40,026 nucleotides of DNA, from the NCBI GenBank assembly GCA_045805065.1, contig JBJMMA010000247.1:1-40026 (forward strand), in the 5' to 3' direction. Positions 10,157-19,688 of this stretch are shown here, one piece after another. Position numbers and translations under genes: made by a program. Origin of the DNA: Bdellovibrionia bacterium. Lineage in GTDB: Bacteria > Bdellovibrionota > UBA1018. Position 1 is the stretch's first letter, and each line of letters opens with the position of its first letter. Under the pieces are notes generated by a model. The model saw only the letters and a list, made by a program, of their open reading frames with translations, did not search any database and was not told the DNA's origin.

Positions 10157-10644
10157 AACTGTTTCCGGATATCTCCAATGAGATCCTGAGTCACGACCTC
10201 ACCGAAGGCGCCAAACTGCGCCTGCAAGGTCTCGTCTTGTCTGCTGACATCGATCCGAAAGTTTGCAGCCTCATCATGAGGCGCAAGCCGGATCGTTGTC
10301 AGATGAGAAAGACTTTCTTTGAGTTTGGGTGATTCAGCACAAAGCGCGATCACGGCGTTTCCAATTCGATTGGCGCGGGATCCAGCCATTTTCATGGCCT
10401 CCGGGCGGGTCATCCTGCCGCGCGTGTAATCCAAATCCTTGAAAGCAAACCAGTCAAACTGGAACTCAAGCTTTGAATTGCCGCAGGTTTTTCGGACACG
10501 CTCTGCCGTCTCTTTCGCGACGGCTTGCGCCTCGTGCGTGGCTTTTCTCTCCACGGAATTGAGTGCGGCAACCGCTGCAAGACTGATCGCAAGGCTCATC
10601 AGGATGCCCCCGAGCAGGTTCGTTTTATGAAAAGCATGTCTCAC
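10153..10644 (-). CDS. exported or membrane-anchored hypothetical protein
   Basis: Starts 5 nt after the QC stop, N-terminal hydrophobic segment; alternative start at 10599. Confidence 0.6.
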   Translation of the reverse strand: MRHAFHKTNLLGGILMSLAISLAAVAALNSVERKATHEAQAVAKETAERVRKTCGNSKLEFQFDWFAFKDLDYTRGRMTRPEAMKMAGSRANRIGNAVIALCAESPKLKESLSHLTTIRLAPHDEAANFRIDVSRQDETLQAQFGAFGEVVTQDLIGDIRKQF

Positions 10645-10649
10645 TGGGT

Positions 10650-11492
10650 TCAGCCACCTTTAGGAAAAATTCGCACCTCGTAAATCGACGACCAATTCTT
10701 TCCCGTTATAAAAAAGGTATCAGTCTCAGGCCGATAAGCAATTCCGTTTAATACGAGCTCCTGCGAATCCTGAGGGCGTATGCCAGCCTGCCGAACCACT
10801 TCGCTGAGATCGAGCTCGCCTGAGACGCAGCCAGTTGCAGGGTCGATTCGGAGGATTCGATTATCCTGATAGACATTGGCGAAGATCGCGCCTTGAGCAA
10901 ACTCAAGTTCATTGAGTTTGGACTCAGGCTTCGCGCCATTCATCACTGGAAGTTTAAAACTTGCGGTCCATGGAGACTCACCCGAAGTCATGGGCGCATG
11001 CTCGAAGAAATAGAGCGAGTTGCTGCCATCGCTGCTGACCCATAAATTTGCCTGCGAACGAGTCGAGCCTCGGGTCAAGCCCCATCCCTCGTACGGATAA
11101 GTCATGCTCCGCTTGAGCTTCCCATTCGCATCCCACTCATTCAGCCGATGCTCTTTCCAGCTCAACTGATAAAAGTTCTGGCCATCCGATTCGAGCCCTT
11201 CCCCGAATTGATCGGAAGGAAGCGTCGCCAACGCATCCACCTGGCCAGTGGCAGGATCGATTCGATTGAGCGCGGAGCTGCCATAGCCTCCCGTACTCTC
11301 AAACAAGCTGCCATTTCGATAGATCAGGCCTTCTGTGAAACCGGGCGCGCTTCGCTGAATCTGCCGCAGGATTTGATATTGAAGCGGCAACGCTGCGCCG
11401 CACGAAGCAGCGACCGTGACTTTCCAAGCCTCAAGTCCAAGCCAGCTCAATGCGGCGATGATCGCTAAAAATCCCCGGCTGATTTTTTTCAT
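10650..11492 (-). CDS. glutaminyl-peptide cyclotransferase (beta-propeller QC)
   Basis: FTEGL, ESTGGYG, FGEG, EGWGLT, LNELE, LNGIA, TGKNW motifs; signal peptide. Confidence 0.9.
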   Translation of the reverse strand: MKKISRGFLAIIAALSWLGLEAWKVTVAASCGAALPLQYQILRQIQRSAPGFTEGLIYRNGSLFESTGGYGSSALNRIDPATGQVDALATLPSDQFGEGLESDGQNFYQLSWKEHRLNEWDANGKLKRSMTYPYEGWGLTRGSTRSQANLWVSSDGSNSLYFFEHAPMTSGESPWTASFKLPVMNGAKPESKLNELEFAQGAIFANVYQDNRILRIDPATGCVSGELDLSEVVRQAGIRPQDSQELVLNGIAYRPETDTFFITGKNWSSIYEVRIFPKGG

Positions 11493-11646
11493 TCAGAAAA
11501 GAAACGATCAAAACACAGACCAACGGGTTTTCGTGCGATGCAGAATTTTACGCAGCGTCTCCTATCTCAAAATAGGCCCATAATCGGCCTAGCGGGCGGC
11601 ATTTTCTGTTTGCCCGACTGGCACCTTTATGGAATTGATTTGAGAC

Positions 11647-12987
11647 ATGAAAATCAAAAGCGTGCACGCAAGGGAAATTCTGGATTCACGTGGCTTTCCA
11701 ACTGTTGAGGTCGAGCTGGCCTTAGAAAACCCGAAGGGCGGCGAGCCGATCATGGGGCGCGCGATCGTCCCATCAGGCGCCTCAACCGGCGAAGGCGAAG
11801 CGCTCGAGCTTCGCGACGGTGACAAGAAACGCTATCTTGGTAAAGGCGTTCTTCAGGCCGTAGCCAATGTGCGCGAAAAGATCGCGCCTGCCATCGTCGG
11901 CCGCGACTTCCCTCTTCAATCGCTTCTGGATGATGCGCTTCGCGATATCGACGGCACGCCGAACAAAGCCCAGCTCGGCGCCAATGCGATTCTTCCTGTC
12001 AGCATGGCGTTCTGCCGCGCACAAGCCGCAGCCGAAGGTGTTCCAACCTACCGCCACATCGCTAAGATCATGAACACCGGAGCAGGAAGCGGCGTCACGC
12101 TGCCGGTTCCTCTGATGAACATTTTGAACGGCGGAAAGCACGCCGATAACGGCCTTGCCATCCAGGAGTTCATGATCGTTCCTGCGGGCTTCAAGAAGTT
12201 CTCGGACGCGCTTCGCGCAGGCGCTGAAATTTTCCACCGCCTGAAGAAGATTCTTCACGACAAGAACCTCTCCACTGGCGTTGGCGATGAAGGTGGCTTT
12301 GCCCCTGTGTTCTCCGGCGAGCATCCTCATGAGCAGGCTCTTGCCGCGATCATGACCGCGATCGAAGACGCGGGCTACAAGGCTGGCACTGACATTTTCC
12401 TGGCGCTCGACTGCGCCGCGAGCGAGTTCGTTGCCGAAGGCAGCAGCAAGACCGGCGGCGAGGTTTTCTACAACTTCGAAGGAAAGAAAAGATCTTCGCA
12501 AGAAATGATCGCTCAGTATAGCCAATGGACCGAAGTTTATCCTATCATCTCTATTGAGGACGGACTTTCCGAGCATGATTGGGAAGGCTGGTCTCAAATG
12601 ACGAGCAAAATGGGTAACCGTTGCCAGCTTGTCGGCGATGATCTTTTCGTGACCAACCCTGCTTATCTCAAGCGCGGAATCGAAAAGCATGTCGGCAATG
12701 CGATTCTGATCAAGCTCAATCAGATCGGCACAGTCACCGAAACTTTGGAAACGATGAAAATGGCGGCCCAGGCAGGTTATGCTTCCGTAAGTTCCCATCG
12801 CAGCGGCGAGAGCGAAGACACGTTCATCGCTGATCTTGCGGTCGGAACCGATTGCGGACAGATCAAAACCGGCTCGGCATCCCGCACTGACCGTATCGCC
12901 AAGTACAATCAGCTTCTCAGGATCGAGGAGCAACTTGGCGATCGCGCTCGCTTCAACGGACTCGCGACTTTCAAGCGCGGCCGCTAA
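11647..12987 (+). CDS. eno: enolase
   Basis: [35 protein letters not shown]. Confidence 0.98.
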   Translation: MKIKSVHAREILDSRGFPTVEVELALENPKGGEPIMGRAIVPSGASTGEGEALELRDGDKKRYLGKGVLQAVANVREKIAPAIVGRDFPLQSLLDDALRDIDGTPNKAQLGANAILPVSMAFCRAQAAAEGVPTYRHIAKIMNTGAGSGVTLPVPLMNILNGGKHADNGLAIQEFMIVPAGFKKFSDALRAGAEIFHRLKKILHDKNLSTGVGDEGGFAPVFSGEHPHEQALAAIMTAIEDAGYKAGTDIFLALDCAASEFVAEGSSKTGGEVFYNFEGKKRSSQEMIAQYSQWTEVYPIISIEDGLSEHDWEGWSQMTSKMGNRCQLVGDDLFVTNPAYLKRGIEKHVGNAILIKLNQIGTVTETLETMKMAAQAGYASVSSHRSGESEDTFIADLAVGTDCGQIKTGSASRTDRIAKYNQLLRIEEQLGDRARFNGLATFKRGR

Positions 12988-13018
12988 CAGCGAGCATTCA
13001 ACAGTACCGAGGAAATTC

Positions 13019-13354
13019 ATGAAGAATGCCCGAGAGAACGCAATCAGAAGCCCCATCAGTCCAAATCAGATTTGGATCGGGATCTTTGGAATCTGGATGG
13101 TGTTTCTCTCGGGCATTCTCAATCCTTTTATTGGCTCACCGGGAATGCTTCAGTCGTTTCAGCTTCAGCGCATCTTGAATCACAAGCAGCACCAGATTGA
13201 TGCCGCGGAGAATCAACTCATCGCCCTTCAAGAAGACTCGATGAGACTTGAAAAGAACACTCTGACTCAAGAGCGCGAGATCCGCCGCGTCTTAGGCTAT
13301 GCTGCGTCAAATGAGCTCATTTTTGACTTCAGTGCTGATGAGCCTTCGCGATAG
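13019..13354 (+). CDS. ftsB: septum formation initiator (FtsB/DivIC family)
   Basis: Directly downstream of eno, one TM segment plus coiled coil and RRVLGY..NELIF tail; GAGGA RBS before ATG 13019. Confidence 0.7.
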   Translation: MKNARENAIRSPISPNQIWIGIFGIWMVFLSGILNPFIGSPGMLQSFQLQRILNHKQHQIDAAENQLIALQEDSMRLEKNTLTQEREIRRVLGYAASNELIFDFSADEPSR

Positions 13355-13539
13355 GCGATGTTGCATAAGTGGCTTAGCGTTAACCTCTTAGTAGCTGAAA
13401 TAACTTGATTTTTCCCTTCAGCCGCCAAAAAGCCGTCACAGTTTTGACTTCGTCATAAAATCCGTTCAAACTAGAGTCATAGGGACTCGCATGACGCGCT
13501 TCCCAGGTTCTTAAATGAGTTTGGAGAGAACATCGAGAC

Positions 13540-13749
13540 ATGGCTGTCGGAAAAGTCAAATGGTTCAATGACACGAAGGGTTTTGGTTTCATCGAACGCA
13601 GAGAAGGTGGAGATATCTTTGTCCACTACAGCGCCATCCGAAATGAAGGCTACAAGACGTTAGCCGAAGGCCAAGAGGTAGAATTCGACATCTACGAAGG
13701 CAACAAAGGGCCAGAGGCCCAGAACGTCACCCTCAAAGATTGGAATTAG
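13540..13749 (+). CDS. cold-shock domain protein (CspA family)
   Basis: [29 protein letters not shown]. Confidence 0.95.
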   Translation: MAVGKVKWFNDTKGFGFIERREGGDIFVHYSAIRNEGYKTLAEGQEVEFDIYEGNKGPEAQNVTLKDWN

Positions 13750-13757
13750 TTCGTTGG

Positions 13758-13876
13758 CTCTTCTCGGGCTCAGTTGGGAGCTTGAATTTGGCGCTGTGGC
13801 ATCCTGCCACTTTTCCTGTCGGCATCCTGCCTGGAAAAGGCTTCAAATTCAAGCTCCCAACTGAGCCCGAGAAGAG
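13758..13876 (-). ncRNA. structured element 1, TwoAYGGAY-like (perfect 33-bp outer stem, two GGA-loop hairpins on the minus strand)
   Basis: 13758-13790 is the exact reverse complement of 13844-13876; minus-strand core contains GGC-AGGAT-GCC and GTGGC-AGGAT-GCCAC. Confidence 0.6.
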
Positions 13877-13975
13877 TTCAACTTCCTCGCTGACGATGAT
13901 TCGAAGTTCTGGATCGCTCCGGAATCGATGAATCGTCCCCGCCTCCAAATCAGCTGCGACAAGAGCTGATCACTT

Positions 13976-14091
13976 GAGCTTTGAGCACCTTTTTAAAGCG
14001 GAATTTGAAGCTTTTCAGCCATGGATGGCGTGCGGAAAAGTGACAGGATGTCACCGCGCCAAATTCCGCTTTAAAAAGGTGCTCAAAGCTC
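13976..14091 (+). ncRNA. structured element 2, TwoAYGGAY-like (perfect 32-bp outer stem, two GGA-loop hairpins on the plus strand)
   Basis: 13976-14007 is the exact reverse complement of 14060-14091; core contains GCC-ATGGAT-GGC and GTGAC-AGGAT-GTCAC. Confidence 0.6.
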
Positions 14092-14097
14092 TCGTTA

Positions 14098-14598
14098 TCA
14101 CTCTAGCTGGGTGATCTGGCAGGTCTGGACTTCCTTCATTTCCTTCGTCGGAACGCGTCCCCCGCCCTGCCTGACGCGCGTCGTTTCCTGCGCGTGGAAG
14201 TCACAGCGTACACTTGCCATGTACAAGAGCTTGAAATACTTGCCCGTGCCACGCCCTAAGATTTGCTCGCTGAACTCCTGGGTGATCACGCGCCGCTCAT
14301 CTTCGTCTGCAGCAGCAGGATCTGCGACCTCGCGAATGATAATCTCATCCCCGAGCGAGATTTCCTGATGCTCAGCAAGCGTTGCTCGCATCTTCAGCAA
14401 TGAAGGCTCGTCGCCGATTTTCTTGGCCAGATCTGGCGAAAGCGTTGAGCGAAAATCATCCAGGCGATCATCCTGGATCGCACTCAGCGCGGTTTTCACC
14501 GCTTCACGAGGTTGCGATGTGTCTGATGGCTTGGATGATCCACATCCAGCCAAAAGAAGCAAAACCACGCCCAGTAGAGATAAAGTTTTTGCATTCAT
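14098..14598 (-). CDS. hypothetical lipoprotein
   Basis: Lipobox LLAG-C; purine-rich RBS upstream of MNAK (14598). Confidence 0.75.
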   Translation of the reverse strand: MNAKTLSLLGVVLLLLAGCGSSKPSDTSQPREAVKTALSAIQDDRLDDFRSTLSPDLAKKIGDEPSLLKMRATLAEHQEISLGDEIIIREVADPAAADEDERRVITQEFSEQILGRGTGKYFKLLYMASVRCDFHAQETTRVRQGGGRVPTKEMKEVQTCQITQLE

Positions 14599-14658
14599 GG
14601 TCATGTCCCCCTTTTTGCCTGCAGCTGTCAAACGCACCGCAAGGCGGGTGGTAGCCAA

Positions 14659-14674
14659 TGCAAAAGGTGGTCCG
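14659..14674 (-). promoter_or_regulatory. possible sigma54 promoter
   Basis: Minus strand CGGACCACCTTTTGCA, GG-N10-GC, about 60 nt upstream of the lipoprotein. Confidence 0.35.
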
Positions 14675-14700
14675 CTCTAGACATATCTTAGCGAAAACGG

Positions 14701-16281
14701 CTATCCAGTCCTGAACTGAGAGAGTTCACAGCTCTCATCCAGCCTGAGCTTTCCAGGCGCAGAAGGAATCGTTGGCTCCGGGAAAATTACCCGAAAGCCG
14801 GGTTCCAAAATCTGGCCACGAGGATTCTTAGAAATCTCAGAAGCCCTGACCTCTGCTCTTCTTTGCGCAAGAAGTTGAATCCAGTGAGCGACACTTGGGA
14901 CTACCGAAGCTCTTTGAGAACAGGCTTGCAGAAACCGGTTTGCACGCGCTCGATGAAAAGCCGCGTTCCGAGCGGGATCCATCAGGTTTGTGAATGCTTC
15001 GTTCAATACAGGCGCCCACGGACTCCGCACAGCAGTCGCCTGAGCGAGTGCGTTTTTGATCGCAGTGGCAAATTGTTCGCGCCAATGACCGGATTCAGAC
15101 TCGGGCACAAGTCTGAGAAGCCCGCAGCGCGCGGGAGAGACTACAGGATTTGTCAAATCAATGGCTAAGATGTCGGTTATGAACTCATCATCAACGAGTC
15201 CTGATTTGCGCAAATTCTCGACGGCCATCATATCTGAAAACGCTTTCACAGGCGTGAGAAACGCATGATCACCATCCGTGCGATGGGTCTCGGGGAACCT
15301 CATCCCTTGTGCTCTCATGCCTGCGTCATACGCGCTCTTAGAGACGGCAATCTGTACACGTGCAAGCCTTGGATCAACAAAGAAGCCGCTTGCAACCCGG
15401 ATCGTTTGAGCACTGTCAGATGGCTTCAGATCCGATTCAAAATTAATTTCCATCGGACAGAAAAGCGGCCTGAGCTTTTCCCGCAAAGAGAGCGTTGCTT
15501 GAACGCCTGATGAATGAAGTCCGATCACCCCCGTCTTTACAGACTGCGCGAGCGCTTCCGCCGGCACCAAAGTTTTAAGAACATCCGCAAGTGCCGGATC
15601 TGGCACGCGGCCTCCACTATCCAGAATCCGCTCGGGCATCCACCAATCATTATGCGGCATTTCAAGCTCTTTCATAATCGGGCCACCGTTCATATGGCAA
15701 CCTGCACACCTCAACGTTTGTCCAAACTGAGGTTGTCCAGGGTTTGGCTGAAGATGCAAAAACCTCAGGTCTCTCTGAATGTCGTGACTATCTCCACGGT
15801 AAAACCAACGGCCTTGGGTGCCATCGCCGATGAGTTCGTAGAAATTGAAGACTTTCTTGGAAAAATCCCATGCGATCAGCTCAACCATGAGCGCGCCCTG
15901 AGTTGGATTTTGATCGGCCACAAGCTGACTCCCTTGCGCTGCCGTAAAATGCCCGAAAAAGAATTGCCCCTGATCCAATCGAATAGGAGTGGATTGAGAT
16001 CGGCCGCTCAACAATTCAAAGAGACTGAAGCTTCCCTGAGAAGGATTATGAAAACCCCGATTAGCCACAAGCGTGGTTCGAAGCTGCATTCCATCCGAAA
16101 CAAAAGAAGCTCTCAACTGAAAGACGTTGTTTGGGCAGCTGGAAAGAGTCGCTAGACGTCGAGCCAGATAATCGCCATTGCCCGCGGCATTCCCCGAAAT
16201 CACACAGCTCGCATGAGCAGTCTCAGCGCCTGCTGTAACGACCGTAATTAAAGCTAAAATCCAAAATTTAATCTGGTCCAT
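14701..16281 (-). CDS. secreted protein with a single CxxCH motif (possible c-type cytochrome domain)
   Basis: Signal peptide ending AHA; RCAGCHMNGG. Confidence 0.65.
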   Translation of the reverse strand: MDQIKFWILALITVVTAGAETAHASCVISGNAAGNGDYLARRLATLSSCPNNVFQLRASFVSDGMQLRTTLVANRGFHNPSQGSFSLFELLSGRSQSTPIRLDQGQFFFGHFTAAQGSQLVADQNPTQGALMVELIAWDFSKKVFNFYELIGDGTQGRWFYRGDSHDIQRDLRFLHLQPNPGQPQFGQTLRCAGCHMNGGPIMKELEMPHNDWWMPERILDSGGRVPDPALADVLKTLVPAEALAQSVKTGVIGLHSSGVQATLSLREKLRPLFCPMEINFESDLKPSDSAQTIRVASGFFVDPRLARVQIAVSKSAYDAGMRAQGMRFPETHRTDGDHAFLTPVKAFSDMMAVENLRKSGLVDDEFITDILAIDLTNPVVSPARCGLLRLVPESESGHWREQFATAIKNALAQATAVRSPWAPVLNEAFTNLMDPARNAAFHRARANRFLQACSQRASVVPSVAHWIQLLAQRRAEVRASEISKNPRGQILEPGFRVIFPEPTIPSAPGKLRLDESCELSQFRTG

Positions 16282-16357
16282 ACTTCGTCTCCACTCTTGT
16301 GAGACTCGCTATAAGCTATTCCGAGCAATCCTGTATAATTAATTGATCTACTCGGTC

Positions 16358-16374
16358 CATTAATATATCTAATG
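16358..16374. promoter_or_regulatory. LysR-type T-N11-A box
   Basis: CATTA-N7-TAATG dyad just upstream of the LysR start, in the divergent spacer. Confidence 0.45.
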
Positions 16375-16381
16375 CATAGCC

Positions 16382-17239
16382 ATGAAACTTAATTCATCCC
16401 AGCTCGAAGCATTTTTTTCGGTCGCAAAGATCTTGAATTTCACTCAGGCCTCGCGTGGACTGAACATCACGCAGTCCGCGCTCTCGCAAAGGATCGCAAA
16501 GCTTGAAGACGACTTAGGCGTCGCCCTTTTCATCCGGGATCGCTCTTCGATCCGCCTCACCGAATATGGCGAAAAATTATTACGATACTGTCAGCTTCAC
16601 GAGTCCTCCGAGTCTGAACTTTTAGCCAACCTAAAAGAGTCGTCCAAAGACTTGGCGGGAGTCATTCGAGTGGGAGGATTCTCCTCTGTCAATCGATCCC
16701 TGGTGATTCCGTCATTTAGAAAGATCATGGAGAAAAATCCTCGGCTCTCCATTCAGCTCATCACAAAAGAAATGACGGAGCTTGAGCCGCTTTTGAGAAC
16801 TTCCGAAGCGGATTATATTTTCACCACTTTGAAGTCGAACTCTCCCGACTTTGAAAGCATTCTCTTGGGGTACGAAGAAAATGTTCTCGTTCAATCCAAG
16901 AAGAGTTCCGACACGGGAATTTTCTTAGATCACGACGAGAAAGACCTGACGACAAAAAATTACTTCTCTCAAAGCGGACTCTCTTTCAAGCCATCGAACA
17001 TGCGTTACCTTGACGACGTCTATGGACTTCTCGATGGCGTCAAAAACGGTTACGGGAAAGCCGTTTTGCCTCTACATTTAATCAAAGACGAAAAATGTAT
17101 TGAAATCATCAATCCAAAGCATGTTTTAAAAGTTCCCGTCTTTCTTCAGTATTACGTTCAGCCCTATTACCGAAGAAGCCATGAACAGATTTTGAGCCAA
17201 GTCACGGAGCATTTTAAAAAGCACCTGCGCCAGAATTGA
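16382..17239 (+). CDS. LysR family transcriptional regulator
   Basis: NFTQAS..LNITQSALSQRIAKLE..LG..LF.R HTH. Confidence 0.92.
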   Translation: MKLNSSQLEAFFSVAKILNFTQASRGLNITQSALSQRIAKLEDDLGVALFIRDRSSIRLTEYGEKLLRYCQLHESSESELLANLKESSKDLAGVIRVGGFSSVNRSLVIPSFRKIMEKNPRLSIQLITKEMTELEPLLRTSEADYIFTTLKSNSPDFESILLGYEENVLVQSKKSSDTGIFLDHDEKDLTTKNYFSQSGLSFKPSNMRYLDDVYGLLDGVKNGYGKAVLPLHLIKDEKCIEIINPKHVLKVPVFLQYYVQPYYRRSHEQILSQVTEHFKKHLRQN

Positions 17240-17247
17240 CATTAACT

Positions 17248-18021
17248 TCACGCCATGACCGCGCCGCCATTGATGTCCAACGCCTGCCCTGTGATTGAGC
17301 TTTGGCCGTCACTCACCAGAAATTGAACCAGGGCCGCGACTTCAGCAGGAGTACTCATCTTGCCAAGCGGAATCCTCTCCATTTCGATCTTTCGAACTTC
17401 TTCGAAGCTTCGGCCTGATGCCTTTGCGATGTCCGCTAATCCCTCTTTCGTCATTTCCGTTTCAACCCAACCGGGGCATATCGCGTTAACCAGGATTCGC
17501 TCAGACGCAAGTTCTGCCGCCAAGCTGCGAGTCAGTCCCAACAGTCCGGCCTTTGATGCGCAATAAGCGCTATACTTGGGCACTCCAAGACGCGCGAGAA
17601 CCGAGGATACAATCACCACATGCCGGAACTGCTCACCTGCAGCCCGGAGTGCAGGCAGCGCTTCTTGAATCAGGTGATAAGTTCCGCTGAGATTTGTTTC
17701 AATGATCTCGTCCCAGCGGTCCTGTTCACCATAATGATTCTCCCCTCCCACTCCGGCATTGGCAATGACAGCCTTGAGATGAGTCAGTTCTAATCGGGCC
17801 TCTCGCATGCTTTGGATCAGACCCTGACGATCCTGGAGGTCTGCCAAAAGAATTCGATGCGCCTCGCTTCGAGGCAGCTCCTGCCTGACCTGTTCCATGC
17901 GGTCCCGGTTTCTTCCCAGAAGTATCACGCTGCTCTCTGGATCACACGATGCAATCTTGTGAGCAATAGCTCTGCCAATACCGGATCCAGCACCTGAAAT
18001 AAGATAAGAACGATAACTCAT
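17248..18021 (-). CDS. SDR family NAD(P)-dependent oxidoreductase
   Basis: SGAGSGIG, NAG, YCASK, NAICPG, DINGG; ATGA overlap with the upstream phosphatase stop. Confidence 0.92.
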   Translation of the reverse strand: MSYRSYLISGAGSGIGRAIAHKIASCDPESSVILLGRNRDRMEQVRQELPRSEAHRILLADLQDRQGLIQSMREARLELTHLKAVIANAGVGGENHYGEQDRWDEIIETNLSGTYHLIQEALPALRAAGEQFRHVVIVSSVLARLGVPKYSAYCASKAGLLGLTRSLAAELASERILVNAICPGWVETEMTKEGLADIAKASGRSFEEVRKIEMERIPLGKMSTPAEVAALVQFLVSDGQSSITGQALDINGGAVMA

Positions 18022-18719
18022 AACGATCCTCCCTTTTTAAGAAGCAGTTGAAGCTCACGTTTAAAGTTCGCGTTTTTCATCAACACTTGAAAAATTCGGT
18101 CGCCGAGCCTCTTTCCTGATTCGATGTCTGTCGGATGATGAACCCCTGCCAGCACGCGGTCAGTCCCGATCTCATCCGCACGGGCCATAAAGGCTGCTTT
18201 TCGAGCGGGGTCGATTTGACTCAGAAGCGACGCAAACGTTCTTGCGATGGCGGCATGGCCACTTGGATACGCATTGGTAAAATGAGTGCTCTCCGGTGCT
18301 ACGCAAGGCTTAATATCTGCATTAACCGAGAATGGACGCGGCCGCCCCCACATTTTCTTGGACTCCTGCACGAAGTATTCAGCATCAATGCGGACCTTCT
18401 CGAAAAAGGCGGACCATCTCCTGACCTCCTCTTCGCTTAAGGGACCATACTCAGGTCCAAAGAGCGTGCTCAATGCCACATCAACAACATGATTGGCACG
18501 CCTGCATTCAGCCTCAGTCCGCACAGTTTGATACCTCAGAATGACCTTAAAATCCTCCTGGTCGGCCTTTGAGCCCGGCCTTGGCGGAGGACTCAAGGCT
18601 TGAGAAAGGTCAATTGCCTGGGTGGGCAGATAAACAGGCTTTGGGTAATCGGCCCCGACTGCGACATTCAAAGATAAAGAACCCTGAACTAAACTTGTAA
18701 TAACCATCAGCTTTTTCAT
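18018..18719 (-). CDS. class A non-specific acid phosphatase (PAP2 family)
   Basis: K-x6-RP, YPSGH, R-x4-VHH-x2-D motifs; signal peptide from MKKL (18719). Confidence 0.88.
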   Translation of the reverse strand: MKKLMVITSLVQGSLSLNVAVGADYPKPVYLPTQAIDLSQALSPPPRPGSKADQEDFKVILRYQTVRTEAECRRANHVVDVALSTLFGPEYGPLSEEEVRRWSAFFEKVRIDAEYFVQESKKMWGRPRPFSVNADIKPCVAPESTHFTNAYPSGHAAIARTFASLLSQIDPARKAAFMARADEIGTDRVLAGVHHPTDIESGKRLGDRIFQVLMKNANFKRELQLLLKKGGSL

Positions 18720-18775
18720 AAAGCCGGTATTTAAGTAATAAATAGACATATAACAAATGCATAGTTTTTATGTCA

Positions 18776-18796
18776 GCTATGCCTTATATGTATAGC
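18776..18796. promoter_or_regulatory. LysR-type T-N11-A box
   Basis: GCTAT-N11-ATAGC dyad between the divergent phosphatase and LysR genes. Confidence 0.45.
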
Positions 18797-18799
18797 CCT

Positions 18800-19675
18800 A
18801 TGGACCTACAGCATCTGAGCGTTTTTTACGAAGTCGCGCGCCGTGGCTCATTCTCTGGAGCATCAAAGGCTCTCAGGATTACCCAACCCTCCTTGAGCCG
18901 GACCGTTCAAAATCTTGAAAGCTCATTGAACGTGAAGCTTTTTATCAGGCAAGCGCGAGGAGTCTCTTTGACCGAGGAAGGCCAAAGAGTTTTTGAAAGA
19001 TGCCATCGGATCTTTCAAGAATGCGACGCGATCGAACGTAAGACTTCCGAAAAACGCCGCCGCATGAGAATCGCGGCCTCTGAAAACTTAAGCATTCACA
19101 TATTTCCGAAGATTTTCGCTCACGGTACAAAGACCATGGATGCTGCCTCAGTGGATCTCTTCAGTGGCACGGCTCAAGAGATCGTCAAAGCGGTACTCAA
19201 CGACGAGGCGGATGTCGGATACTGCTATCATCCAACCGCAGCCCCGGGCCTTTCCTGCGTTGCTGTCGCGTCTGTCGAGTTCTGGTTGATTGTAAGTCCC
19301 AGCCTTCTGCGTTCAAAGCCATCTCTGAAAGACTTGAAAAACCTGGCCTTGATCGGTTCCTTCGCAAAGAAGTACGCTGGTCCCAACGCCGCTAAAAATC
19401 TCCTCGCGGAAGTCGGCCTCTCTCCAGGCGAATCAATCTTTCAAAGCAATAGTCATGAAGCTCAGGTATCCATGGTTGAGGCAGGCTTGGGCTACAGCCT
19501 GGTCCCGTGGTTCATCGCTCAGGATCGGATCGTCCAGGGAAAGTTAAAAAGGGTCCCCACTTCACGCGTATTAAAGACGCCTATTTTCAGAATCAGAAAA
19601 TTGGACTCTCCCCTGACTTACCATGAGGATTTTGAACATTTACTGAGAACCGAGGTCGTCTTTTCAGCAAAATAA
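18800..19675 (+). CDS. LysR family transcriptional regulator
   Basis: MDLQHL..F..V...GSFSGAS..L.ITQPSLSR HTH. Confidence 0.92.
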   Translation: MDLQHLSVFYEVARRGSFSGASKALRITQPSLSRTVQNLESSLNVKLFIRQARGVSLTEEGQRVFERCHRIFQECDAIERKTSEKRRRMRIAASENLSIHIFPKIFAHGTKTMDAASVDLFSGTAQEIVKAVLNDEADVGYCYHPTAAPGLSCVAVASVEFWLIVSPSLLRSKPSLKDLKNLALIGSFAKKYAGPNAAKNLLAEVGLSPGESIFQSNSHEAQVSMVEAGLGYSLVPWFIAQDRIVQGKLKRVPTSRVLKTPIFRIRKLDSPLTYHEDFEHLLRTEVVFSAK

Positions 19676-19688
19676 AAGCGCCCCGTAC

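Noticed and set aside
11782..13056. 424-aa minus-strand ORF
   Set aside because: Antisense shadow of enolase caused by codon bias; no recognisable motifs
13444..13472. sigma70 promoter for csp (TTGACT-N17-CAAACT)
   Set aside because: Plausible, but the -10 element is weak, so it is not supportable without TSS data
13733..13948. Short ORFs on both strands sharing LFSGSVGSLNL / FKLPTEPEKS peptides
   Set aside because: Artefact of translating the 33-bp inverted repeat
13758..14091. CRISPR array or IS-element ends
   Set aside because: Repeats are inverted and non-identical between copies, with no spacer series, no cas or transposase gene and no evident target-site duplication
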